From the NCBI GenBank assembly GCA_009914755.4, contig CP086569.2, positions 19,840,001-19,904,000 on the forward strand: 64,000 nt of DNA, written 5' to 3'. Below the pieces are notes generated by a model. That model did no database searches and was not told the DNA's origin. It saw only the letters and a program-made list of their open reading frames with translations. Source of the stretch: the human T2T-CHM13v2.0 reference genome, Homo sapiens. Numbering within the stretch: position 1 is the stretch's first letter; the number at the start of each line of letters is the position of its first letter. This document shows, one piece after another, positions 1-11,876 of this stretch. Position numbers and translations under genes: made by a program.

Positions 1-359
1 TGGAAGTTAAAATTATTAAAAACATTTAAAATTTAATAATTGCAACATGTTTACTTTTGACTTCTAATCACTGTCTTACAAATTATTATCAGTGATTGGG
101 CCAGATAACCTGCATTATATTGGAATTGATCTCCCAGGACCTTATTTATTTATTCAGCTTAAACGTAGCTCACTGTTGAGACTTGATTTATAGTCAGGGT
201 ATACATTATTACTTAGAAAGGGCAGACCACTTTTAACAATCTAAAAGGAATAACTCATTAGTGAGCTATAAAGAAAGAATGATAATGGCTAATCTAAAAT
301 ATTAAGATAGCAACTAACTATAATAGTCATTTTTAAATAAAATATACTCAAATATAAAA

Positions 360-660
360 AATGTCAATTCAGATACAGAATGATAGAGCTGTCATTATGA
401 GATATATACATATATATAAAAAATATACACACATATACACATATATATGTGGGTATATATACATATACACACATGCATAATTATATTAATATAAATACAC
501 AATATATTTTATAAATATAATTTACATGAATTGTTATGTATTATATGTCACATATAATATATAGTTATACATGTAATGTGTATATGTAATATACATATAT
601 GTACATTATAGAAGGAAGGCTATACTGTATATCACATATAGTATAATTAAAATTTATATT
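360..660. repeat. AT-rich low-complexity simple repeat (TA/TATATG/TACA-type), part 1
   Basis: Direct reading: runs of atatatacacacatatacacatatatatgtgggtatatatacatatac; composition nearly pure A/T with scattered C/G. Confidence 0.85.
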
Positions 661-663
661 TTA

Positions 664-790
664 GGCCTGGCAAAGTGGCTTACACCTATAATCTCAACTG
701 GGAGGCCAAGGTAGTAGGATAACTTGAGGCCAGGAGTTCACGACCAGTCTGGGAAACAATGAGTCTCCTTCTCTAAAAACAATAATACAT
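664..790 (+). mobile_element. Alu monomer-like fragment (FLAM/partial Alu)
   Basis: ggcctggcaaagtggcttacacctataatctcaactgggaggccaaggtag...ccaggagttcacgaccagtctggg matches the Alu left arm. Confidence 0.7.
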
Positions 791-800
791 AAGTAAACAG

Positions 801-1108
801 GCCAGGCGTGGTGGCTCACACCTGTAATCCCAGCAGTTTGGAAGGCCAAGGCGGGTGGATTGCTTGAGGTCAGGAGTTCAAGAACAACCTTGCCAACATG
901 GTGAAACCCCCATCTCTACTAAAAATACAAAAACATTAGCTGGGTGCACACCTGTATACCCAAATACTCAAGAAGCTGAAGGAGGAGGATCCCTTGAACC
1001 TGGGAGGAGGAGGTTTCAGTGAGCGGAGATTGTGACATTATAATCCAGCCTGGGCGGCACAGAGAGACTCCGTCTCAAAAAAAAAAAAAAAACAAAAAAA
1101 CAAAAAAA
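801..1108 (+). mobile_element. Alu element (full length, + orientation) with poly(A) tail
   Basis: ggccaggcgtggtggctcacacctgtaatcccagcagtttgg...gtctcaaaaaaaaaaaaaaacaaaaaaa; canonical dimeric Alu. Confidence 0.92.
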
Positions 1109-1109
1109 G

Positions 1110-1222
1110 TAAACAAGTAAATGAAGAAATCAATAAATTAATTTTTCTATTATAATATACTATGTATATATGAAAAATTTATAATACATAATATATGTTA
1201 TTATTATAAACTTTTGTTTCTT
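1110..1222. repeat. AT-rich low-complexity repeat, part 2 (same tract split by Alu insertions)
   Basis: tataatatactatgtatatatgaaaaatttataatacataatatatgttattattataaa. Confidence 0.75.
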
Positions 1223-1500
1223 CCTTTTTTTTGAGATGGAGTTTCATCTTGTTGCCCAGGATGGAGCACAACGGTGCAATCTTGGCTCACAACTTTAGCC
1301 TCCCAGTGCAAGTGATTCTCCTGCCTCAGCCTCCCTAGTAGCTGGGATTACAGGCATGTGCCAATATGCCCAGCTAATTTTGTATTTTTAGTAGAGACAG
1401 TGTTTCTCCATGTTGGTCACGCTGGCCTTGAATTCCTCACCTCAGGTGATCCTCTCACCTCAGCCTCCCAAAATGCTGGGATTAGAGGCATGAGTCACCA
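1223..1500 (-). mobile_element. Alu element (minus orientation)
   Basis: ttttttttgagatggagtttcatcttgttgcccaggatggagcacaacggtgcaatcttggctcac...gctgggattagaggcatgagtcacc = reverse complement of Alu. Confidence 0.9.
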
Positions 1501-2040
1501 AATATTTTCATATGATATATTAAATAATTACATAACTATAACATATTTACATAATGTTATATAAAATTTATATAACTAAAATAGAATTTATAAAGCCACC
1601 ATGGCACATATATACCTATGTAACAAACCTGCATGTTCTGAACGTGTATCCCAGAACTTAAAGTAAAATAATAATAAAAATAAAAAATTATATTGAGATA
1701 TATTAATTATAACATATATCTTATTATATATAACATATTATATATAAGACATGTTATATGTTATAGTAACATAATTGTATAACTTATACAATATATAATT
1801 ATGTTGTAATTAATATATCTCATATGATATAAATACTATATATTACATTACAGTTATACTGTGATTATATGCTATATATATCACAGTATGTAGTATTACA
1901 TATTATAATAGTACATAATGAAACATTTTATGTTACATAATTATATTAGTATGTTGCATAATTATTATATTATTATGAGTAAATTATATTGCAATGGTTA
2001 TATTATATATAGTATATATTACATATTTTGGTCATGATGC
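1501..2040. repeat. AT-rich low-complexity / TA-rich simple repeat, part 3
   Basis: Long stretch of tatata/tacata/ataatt motifs (e.g. 1680-2040: ttatatataacatattatatataagacatgttatatgttatagtaacat...). Confidence 0.85.
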
Positions 2041-2771
2041 CAAAACATACAAAGAGTAAATATGTTATTAATATAAAAGTATCATGTTTGAATATATTCA
2101 CAATATAGTTAGTACACACTGGAGTGACATAAATCTATGAGATGTATATGTTGAAACAGTTGAACCTATACTACCTACAGGGATGCATATCTGCAAGCAA
2201 GAATACCCTCTTCCCAGGTCTCAGTGCCTCTTCTTTTGCACCCATTCAACCTCATGGCACCATGAAGACCTCCTTCCCTAAGGAAAGGGAGGATTCCTAG
2301 ATCTGAGTCCCCTTGGGAAGGTGGTCTTTGGAAATAGCAGCCCAACAAGAACTTCTATGATCCTTCTGTAATTATGAGAGTCACAGCTAAGCTTTATCCC
2401 CTAGAATGTAAAGTCAGTTGAAATAAAGGCAAAGAGTCTGGGCTAGGGAAGCATCCCATGGAGATGTGGCCCAGTAGCTACAGAATGCTCCTCCCCTGGG
2501 CTTCCCGTGTCCTGCACATCCTCAACTCCACAGAAGCCCACAGCATTTTCACAGGGGAAGTCCCACGTTGTTTTGGTCTTTCTAATACCATCCTTCTCAA
2601 TGTCATGGCCATCAGACCAAATGAAATATGGCACACACACTTAAATCTTTTCCTGTTTGAAATGTAAGTATTTTTAACTTTGAAATGCTGCCTCTAAGAA
2701 ATATCTCCCCAACGGATGCTTATTGTAAATTCAGCTACCAATGCTCCTTTTCAAATAAAATGAATAATATT

Positions 2772-2855
2772 GAGATGGAATGTCACTCTGTTGCCGGCTG
2801 GAGTGCAGTGGTGTGATCATGGCTCACTGCAATCTCTGCCTCCTGAGTTCTGCTC
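2772..2855 (-). mobile_element. Alu fragment (minus; 3' portion only)
   Basis: tgagatggaatgtcactctgttgccggctggagtgcagtggtgtgatcatggctcactgcaatctctgcctcctgagttc. Confidence 0.8.
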
Positions 2856-3254
2856 CAAAAGAGTGAGCCAACCAATTAGCTCACAGGTGATTAATACTAT
2901 TTTGTAAATTGGCCTGATCACCAAACATCATGAATTTATGTCATGAATTTATTCTCGCTCCTCACAGACATGTCTTTTTCAGATGGTTTTTGATTCTTTG
3001 TGATTCCATAGAGTAGGAATGTTACCTCATTGTTCGACTCGCAATCCTGTGATATGTCATGAGTCTGAACATTTAACATAAGAATATAATCACTTTGTTT
3101 TGGAATTTGTGAGCCCACTCACATGTGGCTTCTTTGATGCCTTTGAAGTGCTTTGAAGCCAAAAGAACTGTCTTCTTGTGGTAAGGGGAGCCAGGAACAG
3201 CTGAGTAAAAACTACAGATAACCTTAAGCATCTTTCCTATTTGACTTCCTATTT

Positions 3255-3420
3255 ATTTTAAGAACTTTTTTAGTTTTCCATATTTAGGGGAACGAATGCA
3301 GGTTTCTTATGTGCACGTATTTTATAGTGGTGAAGTCTGGGCTTTTAGTGAACCCATCAAACAAAGAGTGAGCATTGTGCCCAATAGGTAATTTCTCAAC
3401 CCCTACCCACTTCCACACTT
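3255..3420 (-). mobile_element. L1 3'-end fragment (older L1P/L1M-type), copy A of a local duplication
   Basis: tttaggggaacgaatgcaggtttcttatgtgcacgtattttatagtggtgaagtctgggcttttagtgaacccatcaaacaaagagtgagcattgtgcccaataggtaatttctc = reverse complement of the L1 3' terminus (gggtacatgtgcacaacgtgcaggtttgttacatatgta... consensus). Confidence 0.75.
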
Positions 3421-3684
3421 CTGGGGAAGATTCATATTTCTCCTTAGGCACTGATAAGTTCAAAAGTAAAGTTGGTTTCATAACCCTTCCATCAAGTCCT
3501 CCTGACAACAGCCCAAAGGCCTTGTGCAGAGCAAGCAGAAACTTGCCCACCATGTCAACTTCAAAGTGAATAATCATCACATCATTAATGAGCTTCTGAC
3601 AACTACTCATTGATTATGGAATCATAAAACACTAGAAAGTAAAGGGTGGAAGAGACTTCCAATACATCACTTTTGCTTATTTTC

Positions 3685-4245
3685 CTTTAAGAAATTTTTT
3701 AGTTTTCTATATTTAGGGGTAGAAGTGCAGGTTTCTAACATACACAATTTTGTACTGGTGAAATCTGGGCTTTTAGTGAACCCATCAATCAAATAGTAAG
3801 CATTGTGCCGAATAGGTAATTTCTCAGCTCCTACCCACTTTCACACTCCTAAGTCTCCAGTGTCCATTATTTTACTGTCTATGTCCCTACCTGCACACTG
3901 TTTAGTTCCCACTTACAAGTGAGAACATGGGGTAATTTTATCTCTGTTTTTGAGTTATTTCACTTAGGATAATGGCCTCCAACTCCATCCAGGTTACTAC
4001 AAGACAATATTTCACTCTTCTTTTATGGCTGGATAATATCCTATGGTGTACCTATACCACATTTTCTTTATCCAGTCCTCTACTGATGGACACTTAGGTT
4101 GATTCTATATTTTGGCTATTGTAGTGCTGTGATAAACATATGAGTGCAAGTGTCTTCTTTAGACAATTTTTCTTTTCCCATGGGTAAATACCCAGACGTT
4201 GGAACTTCTTGCAGATCAAGATACTTCCCCAAACTTCAAAATCAA
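3685..4245 (-). mobile_element. L1 3'-end region (minus orientation), copy B
   Basis: tttaggggtagaagtgcaggtttctaacatacac...cccacttacaagtgagaacatggggtaatttt...cttaggataatggcctccaactccatccaggt...tttctttatccagtcctctactgatggacacttaggttgattc: reverse complement of the L1 3' ORF2/3'UTR consensus. Confidence 0.88.
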
Positions 4246-4334
4246 AAATCTGTAGTATATATCTCACCATTTAGGGTACTCAAAGACACATTCTACACAC
4301 TCTCTTCAACATGTAAGTTCTACCTTGGTGCTGA

Positions 4335-4651
<317 letters not shown>

Positions 4652-4934
4652 CTCTCTATCTTGGTTTTCAAAAAGGAGGAAGAAAGAAGGAAAGATGAGA
4701 ATAGATGACTTACAACCACAATGAACAATGTGCTGTCAACAATGTTGGATAGGTAGATCACATTTTTAGACTGATAAAAATTTGCAAAACAATTTTTTTG
4801 TTTTTTGTAAATTCTACATGCCTACACTCTTAACCCTTCAACACAAGAAGAAGGAATTTGGTTCTCTCTGAACAACTGCTCACACCTCATACTCATACTC
4901 ACCAAAATATTCTCCCAAATAAATCCTTCTGAGT

Positions 4935-5229
<295 letters not shown>

Positions 5230-5362
5230 CTATCTGTATAATGTGACTACATGTGCTGAATCATCTTCATTTATGCAACTGATTAGATAAATTTGGCACA
5301 AACTATTCAATTACCTGGCCAGAGTTCTCCAGAGAAACAGAACCAGTAGGGAAAATAATAGA

Positions 5363-5635
5363 GGCTGAGTGTGGTGGCTCACTCCTGTAATCCTAGCACT
5401 TTGGGAGGCTGAGGCAGGGGAATCACTAGGGACTAGGAGTTTAAGACCAGCCTGGCCAACATGGCAAAACCCCATCTCTACTAAAAATGCAAAAATTAGC
5501 TGGCCATGGTGGCACATACCTGCAATCCCAGCTACTCGGGGGGATGAGATAGGAAGATTGCTTGAGCCTGGGAGTTGAAGGCTATAGTGTGCCAAAATTG
5601 CAACACTGCAATCTAGCCTGGGCAAGAGAAGGAGA
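5363..5635 (+). mobile_element. Alu element (+)
   Basis: ggctgagtgtggtggctcactcctgtaatcctagcactttgggaggctgaggcagg...ctagcctgggcaagagaaggagatg. Confidence 0.9.
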
Positions 5636-5685
5636 TGTTCTCTCTCTCTCTCAAGAGAGAAAGAAAGAAAGAAAAAGAAAAATAA
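5636..5685. repeat. (TC)n/(GAAA)n microsatellite at Alu tail
   Basis: ttctctctctctctcaagagagaaagaaagaaagaaaaagaaaa. Confidence 0.8.
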
Positions 5686-5860
5686 TAGATGACTGATAGA
5701 AGATAGATGTGACAGATGATAGATATGATAGATGATGATGATCAATATAGATAGATGATAGATACATGATGGAGATAGATAATAAACAGATAACCGATAC
5801 ATAGAGACATAATAAGATGGATAGATGGATAAGATAGATAGATAGATAGATAGATACATA
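5686..5860. repeat. Compound (GATA)n/(GATG)n tetranucleotide microsatellite
   Basis: gatagaagatagatgtgacagatgatagatatgatagatgatgatg...gatagatagatagatagatagatacat. Confidence 0.9.
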
Positions 5861-6638
5861 AAGATTTATTATGGGAATTGAAGTTATTATGGAGGCTGAG
5901 AGGTCCCAAGCCTTACTACGTGCAAGTTGGAGAAAGAGGAAAGCTGGTGTTGTAATTCCAGTATTTCCGAAGGCTGCGAACCAGAGAGTTCACCATGTAA
6001 CTATCAGTCCAAGATCAAGGTCCTGAGAATATGGGACATCACTAGTGTCAGTTCCAGATATGAAGGTTCTGTCTTCTAAGAACCTAAGTTAGGGTGACAG
6101 AGAGCAGAAGAAGATGACTGCCCAGCTTGAGAGAGAGCAAATTCACCTTTCCTCTGTTATTTTTTTTCTACCTCTGGTGCTGTACAGTCTGAATCATCAT
6201 GTCCACTCACATTGCTGAGGGTGGGTCTGCCGTCCTCAGTCCACCAGTTCAAAGGCCAGTCTATTCCAGAAACCTGCTCACAGGCACACACCTGGTATCC
6301 CTCAGATAGCTAAAGTTGCTGCCTAAAATTAATCATCACAATAGTGTTGTCTGAAATCAAATGGACGGGGTCCAGCACGTGTTGGTGTGTGCAGCAAATA
6401 TATCATCCATACCAAGCCACTTGGTGGTAACAGCCAGGTGTTGGCTTCAAGGAAGGGCCTGATAGAGTAAATGGAAACTGTTCCACCAAAGCAGGGGTTC
6501 TTCAGGCATAGACTCTCTTGAGACCTATATGGCTGTCTACTAGTTTAAGCATTCTAACATTATGTATGCCCTATATCAAACCTCATAAAAGAGTTGATAT
6601 GGCTGATAGACTATCATTACAGATTGAAAATTGGTTAA

Positions 6639-6920
6639 GGCCAGGCATAGTGGCTCATGTTTGTAATCCCAGCACTTTGGCAGGCTGAGGCAGGTAAATG
6701 GGTTGAGTTCAGGCATTTGAGACCAGCTGGGGCAACATGGTGAGACCTCTAACTTTGGAAAAAACTCAAACATTATTTGGGCATGATAGTATAGTACCAG
6801 CTACTTAGACAGCTGAGATGGGAGGATCATCTGAGCTTAGGGAGATCAAGGCTGCAGTGAGCTGTGATGGCACAACTGCACTGCAGCCTGGGTGACAGAG
6901 TTACACTCTGTCTCAAACAA
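6639..6920 (+). mobile_element. Alu element (+; older AluJ/S-like, diverged)
   Basis: ggccaggcatagtggctcatgtttgtaatcccagcactttggcaggctgaggcagg...gcagcctgggtgacagagttacactctgtctcaaacaa. Confidence 0.88.
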
Positions 6921-7640
6921 TTACAATAATAAGAAGTCAAGCAACATTTTGGTGCATATTTTAAATACTTCAAAAATACCAAGGCAAAGTTAAGAAGTAG
7001 CCAGTGTCACACATGGAATCTCTTCCTTTTAAGCTGGAAGTGGAATCACATGTTCTAACATTGGACTTCTGCTGCTGCATTTAGGTCTCATAAAGGGAAC
7101 ATACTTTGGGGTTGCAAATTCAGAAAGAAAACAAGGCTGTGATTGACTTTACCCTACTGCTGGAAATCTGGTTCCAAATAGTCCTTTGTCTCATACCCAT
7201 TGTTCAAATCAAGAAACTGTTCATCGCTAAACCAAACCCTGGGATTAGCATTGACTCCCACACTTGAGGTTTTACATGCATGAAAAGACCAGGCTTAGAA
7301 AATTAGTTCAATAAAAAATAATAGATTTTTTGCCTATTTAGCTTGAAAATGGGGAGTTTAAAGATGATTGGCTAAATTATCTTCAAAATATTTTAATTGT
7401 ATGCAGAAGATATTCATTCATTATCCTAAGTATAAAATGAATAAACAGACAGCTAAAACATATCCAGAAAGTATTTGGGTGTAAGTCAACCTAATTACAA
7501 GTTGATTATACATTAGTCAAGACTAATAAGGAAGACTGATTTCAGAATTTTCAGGTGTAAGTGTAAGTTTTTTTTTTTCCCTCACCATCTTCAGGTGTAA
7601 GAATAAGGTTTTTTTCATTTTAGGTTTTGTTTTCTTCTGT

Positions 7641-7925
7641 TTTTGAGACACAGCCTCACTCTATTATCCAGGCTGGGGTGTAGTGGTGCGACTGTGTCTC
7701 ATTGCAGCCTCCAACTCCCAGGCTCAAGCCATCCTCCCATTTCAGACTCTTGAGTAGCTGGGACTAAGAGAGAACACCACCACACCTGGCTACTTTTTAT
7801 ATTTTTTGTACAGACAGGTTCTCCCTATGTTTCCTAGGCTGGTCTCAAACTCTTGACCTCAACCAATTCTCCAGCCTCAGCTTCCCAAAGTACTGAGATT
7901 ACAGGTGTGAGCCACCATGTCCTGC
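7641..7925 (-). mobile_element. Alu element (minus; diverged)
   Basis: ttttgagacacagcctcactctattatccaggctggggtgtagtggtgcgactgtgtctcattgcagcc...tactgagattacaggtgtgagccaccatgtcctgc. Confidence 0.88.
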
Positions 7926-8339
7926 AGGGAATAATTTTTTTTTTTTAAGGAAGAAAATGTTATTTGTCCTGAAAAACTTAGATATCTAGCCATCTTTAAA
8001 AAAGGAATTAAACTAGATAATCTATTTAGGTTTTATTCATGTATGTGTGAGCATCCATAAATATATGTTACTGCAAACAGATATCTGAGTTCCTAAACAG
8101 AATATGGCTTATTACTATGAAACACAATCAGTTTCCCAACATTTTTTTCATAAAATAGTTGACTCTTTATCTAGAAGATCTTTTCTGTATTTTTTCTTGG
8201 CCTTCCAAAAATAGCATAGAATGAAACAGAGAGCCATAACTGAGAGTATTAAGTGTCAGACTCAGCCTACACACCTATATGGGTGAACTATGACAGTCAG
8301 GCAAAGGTAATACACACCTGTCTTTGGAAGAAGAACTTA

Positions 8340-8747
8340 CAATTGACCTTTGAACAACATGAGTTTGAACTGCATTGGAGGTCCTGAGACAGCAGGACCA
8401 ACCCCTCCTCTTCATTCTCCTCCTCAGCCTCTTCAGTGTGAAGATGACGTGAGGAAGACCTTTACGATGATCCACTACTACTTGATAAACAGTAACTATA
8501 TTTCATTTTTTTAGGATTTTCTTAATAACATTTTTTCTCTACCTTATTTTATTGTAACAACACAGTATATAGTATACATAACATACAAAATATGCGTTAG
8601 TTGACTCTCTATGTTATTGTAAGGCTTCTGGTCTTTTCAGCAGTATATTAACTGTTAAGTCTTGGAGGAGTTAAAAGTAATACATGGATTTTTGACTGCA
8701 TGGGAGAGTAAGTGCCCCTAATCTCTACACTGTTCAAGGGTCATCTG
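8340..8747 (+). mobile_element. Tigger-derived non-autonomous DNA transposon (TcMar-Tigger MITE, MER28/Tigger2-like)
   Basis: Terminal inverted repeats caattgacctttgaacaacatgagtttgaactgcattgg ... ctacactgttcaagggtcatctg resemble the Tigger TIR cagttgacccttgaacaacacgggtttgaactgcgcgg; internal region resembles the Tigger 5' leader. Confidence 0.7.
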
Positions 8748-8932
8748 TATATTGAAAATATAGTCTTTTTACCAATGAAAATATCTTTCACGTACTAATG
8801 CAAGATGAATGCTGCATAGACTCAACTATATTTTACTCCTTAAACCAAGACATATATATATACTTGGAAATTGTCACTGTATGGTATTGTAATACCTAAC
8901 TCAGGATATATTGGCTGTTATAAAAAGTTCCT

Positions 8933-9222
8933 CCTGCCTGGTATGGTGGGCTCATGCCCGTAATTCCAACGCTTTGGGAGGCCCAGGTGGGAGGATCCCT
9001 TGAAGCCAGAAGTTTGAGACCAGCCTGGGCCACATTCGGAGACCCCATCTCTATAAAAAAAAAAAAAAAAAAAAAATTAAAAGTAGCCAGGCTTGGTGGT
9101 GCACACCTGTAGTCACAACTACTTGGGAGGCTGAGGTGGGAGGACCCCTTGAGCCCAGGAGTTCAAGGCTGCAGTGAGCTATGATCACACCACTGCACTC
9201 CAGCTTCGGTGACAGAGCAAGA
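8933..9222 (+). mobile_element. Alu element (+)
   Basis: cctgcctggtatggtgggctcatgcccgtaattccaacgctttgggaggcccaggtgggaggatccc...cactgcactccagcttcggtgacagagcaagatg. Confidence 0.9.
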
Positions 9223-9400
9223 TGAGAGAGAGAGAGAGAGAGAGATGGAGAGAGAGAGGGAGAGGGAGAGGGAAGTTTCTCCTGTATAATTATTTTTAAT
9301 ATGAGAAAAAGAGACAGAGGGAGAGAGTGAGGAGGGGAGACAGAGAGAGGAAGGAAAGAAGGAAGGAAGGAAGGAAGGAGAGAGAGAGAGAAAGTTTCTC
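9223..9400. repeat. (GA)n / GA-rich simple repeat, with an internally duplicated flank
   Basis: agagagagagagagagagagatggagagagagagggagagggagaggg...ggaaggaaggaaggaaggaaggagagagagagag; the motif gtttctcct..aataatt occurs twice (9270 and 9388). Confidence 0.85.
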
Positions 9401-9410
9401 CTCAATAATT

Positions 9411-9710
9411 TTGTTTTTTGTTTTGAGACAGAGTCTCACTCTGTAGCCCAGGCTTGAGTGCAGCGGTGCAATCTCGGCTCTCAGCAGCCTCCATCTCCCA
9501 GGTTTAAGTGATTATTCTGCCTCAGTCTCTGGAGTAGATGGGACTACAGGAACATGCCACCATGCTGGGCTAATTTTTGTATTTTTTTTTTTAGTAGAGA
9601 TGGAGTTGCACCATATTGGCCAGGCTGGTCTTGAACTCTTAACCTCATGATCTGCCCACCTTGGCCTCCCAAAGTGCTGCAATTACAGGCATGAGACACT
9701 GTCACTGGCC
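9411..9710 (-). mobile_element. Alu element (minus)
   Basis: ttttgttttgagacagagtctcactctgtagcccaggcttgagtgcagcggtgcaatctcggctc...gctgcaattacaggcatgagacactgtcactggcc. Confidence 0.9.
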
Positions 9711-10004
9711 AATTATTTTTAATATAACCCAAATAGTGACCAACTATAAAGAGAAGGCAGAAAATAGTGCCAAAACCTTTTCTCACCTTTAGAGATAAAA
9801 TGCCCTTGTTGGTATGGTCTGTTCTTTTAAGTCTGTTGTCATTTGGTATTAGAAAGAGAAATTTAACATATGGAGTTTCTCGTGGAAACTTCCTTTGAAC
9901 TGGTTTCGCTTGGGTTCATTTGATAAATTTACATCTGTTTATTTTTTACGCCTCCAAATGTAACCACACAACCACCTATTTATTTATTTATTTTACTTTT
10001 TTGG

Positions 10005-10273
10005 GATGGAGTTTCACTCTGCCATCCAGGCTGGAGTGCAGTAGTGCAATCTCTGCTCACTGCAGCCTCTGACTCCTGGGTTTAAAAGATTCTCCTGACA
10101 GCCTCCCGCGTAGCTGGGACTACAGTGGCTATTTTTTTTTTTTTGCATTTTTAATAGATAACGGGGTTTCATCATGTTGACAAAGCTGGTCTCCAATTCC
10201 TGACCTCAGGTGATCCACCCATCTCGGCCTCCCAAAGTCCTGGGATTCCAGGCATGAGCTACTGTGCCCAGCC
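10005..10273 (-). mobile_element. Alu element (minus)
   Basis: ttttttgggatggagtttcactctgccatccaggctggagtgcagtagtgcaatctctgctcactgcagcc...cctgggattccaggcatgagctactgtgcccagcc. Confidence 0.9.
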
Positions 10274-11256
10274 ACAAATACCAATTTAAACCATGGGTTC
10301 TGTGTCTGTGGTTGTCTGAGGTACCTCAAATCCTTATTTTTCAAATGAATAGTTTTTGCTCTAGCCAGTTTCCTACCTTTCCACAGTAAAGAGCTTAGAC
10401 ACAAGATCAGGCATTCAAAGTTTTATTGTTTTTCTTTAATACTAAATGACACAATATAACACCATCCAGGCCTGCAGCTCTCAATAAAGCTAAATGTGAT
10501 TTTGTTTGAAATGACAGGATCCACCAATGCATTCAACAGCCTTCTACATGTCTGAGGTCAGGAAGTTGTCTTAAAGAAGACAAATCCCTTCTAAGAGAAA
10601 AAAATAAAATAATTTTTTTTTTGATTCTTAAATTTATATAGCTGGACTATCAAATAAAAACATGAAGGATAAAAAGAAAAATCTACCAGCTGCTACACAC
10701 CAGATGATAAAAATGTGAGAGATTCTGAATATTCAGCTTACGGAGGACAAAGTGCAGCTAAAATACAATGAAATGTGCTCCTTTTCACTTGAAAGATGTT
10801 AAACCACTTTCATAAAAGGTTAAGGCTTTACAACTATGTATTAATTTTCAAATCTCTTAAACAGCATCTTGAGTTGTTGAAAATATCAAGGAATTTTTGC
10901 TTTCTACTGAGATTTTTCCTTGCAAGGTCAAAAGCATGATCAGTCTCTTCTTAGGAGTTACTCAAGCGTCCATAAAACCTTATTGTTAACACTAGGCCCT
11001 GTGACATACAGCAGATCTTCAGAACTTACTCATCTCAAGTAACTTAACTGTAGATCAGTATCTCCCTTTTCACTCTCCTCACCTTCCCTAGCAACCACCA
11101 TTCTGTTTTCTACGTCTCTAAGTTTGACTGTTTTACGCACCTCATATGAATAGTGTATACAAAAAAACTTGCTTCAAACTGTGTTTTACCTCTGCTCTTA
11201 AACTACAAAACATCATCAACACATAAGCAGCATTCTGTGACTAAATGTATGACCTT

Positions 11257-11429
11257 TCAAGAAAAAGAGTCAAACTCTGTAAAATATTTGAAGAGATTTA
11301 TTCTGAGCCAAATATGAGTGACCATGGCCTGTGACACAGCCCTCAGGAAGTCCTGAGAACATGAGCCCAAGGTGGTTGGGGCGCAGCTTGGTTTTAAACA
11401 TTTTAGAGAGGCATGAGACATCAAACTGT
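11257..11429 (-). mobile_element. 3'-terminal ~170 bp of an unclassified ERV LTR (LTR-X: TATA-like tttaaaacc plus AATAAA), interrupted by the HERV-H LTR7
   Basis: Minus-strand reading: ...tgtttaaaaccaagctgcgcc...ggctcagaataaatctcttcaaatattttacagagtttgactcttttt. The same segment recurs at 15690-15845 (+) and 16259-16415 (-). Confidence 0.55.
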
Positions 11430-11876
11430 TACACATGTCCATGTGAAGGGAGTCCACCAACAGGCTTTGTGTGAGCAACAAGGCTGTTTATTTTACCTGG
11501 GTACAGGCAGGCAGAGTCCAAAAAAGTAGTCAGCAAAGGGTGGTGGGATTAACATTAGTTGTTACAGGTTTGGGATAGCAGTACAAAGTACGTTCTCACG
11601 GGCAGGGAGAATATTACAAAGTGACTTCTTAAGGGCTTAAGGTGGGCAAGGTGGGGGCGGGGGCAGGGGAAGAATATTACAAAGTACCTTAAGGACAGAG
11701 GAGAATATATCTTTTCAGTTAGGGTGGGACAGGAACAAATCACAATGGTGGAATGCCATCAGTTAAGGCTATTTTCACTTCTTTTGTGGATCTTCAGTTG
11801 CTTTAGACCATCTGGATGTATACATGCAGACCACAGTGGATATGATGGCTTTGCTTGTGCTCAGAGGCCTGACATT
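11430..11876 (-). mobile_element. LTR7 (HERV-H long terminal repeat), 3' LTR of a minus-strand provirus
   Basis: Reverse complement matches the LTR7 consensus as remembered: tgtcaggcctctgagc...cacaaaagaagtgaaaatagccttaactgatggcattccaccattgtgatttgttcctg...aaataaacagccttgttgctcacacaaagcctgttggtgg...tgtgtaaca (TG...CA termini). Confidence 0.75.

Noticed and set aside
360-2040. Highly periodic AT-rich tract, considered as a possible structured array (e.g. CRISPR-like or satellite)
   Set aside because: There is no fixed repeat unit or spacer architecture. It is irregular TA/TACA/TATG low-complexity DNA typical of mammalian AT-rich microsatellite clusters, and the whole window is unambiguously primate genomic DNA.
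3284-3610. 108-aa minus-strand ORF
   Set aside because: Its C-terminal half is antisense L1 3'-end sequence and the remainder is unique spacer with no recognisable homology. It is most likely a chance ORF across a duplication junction.
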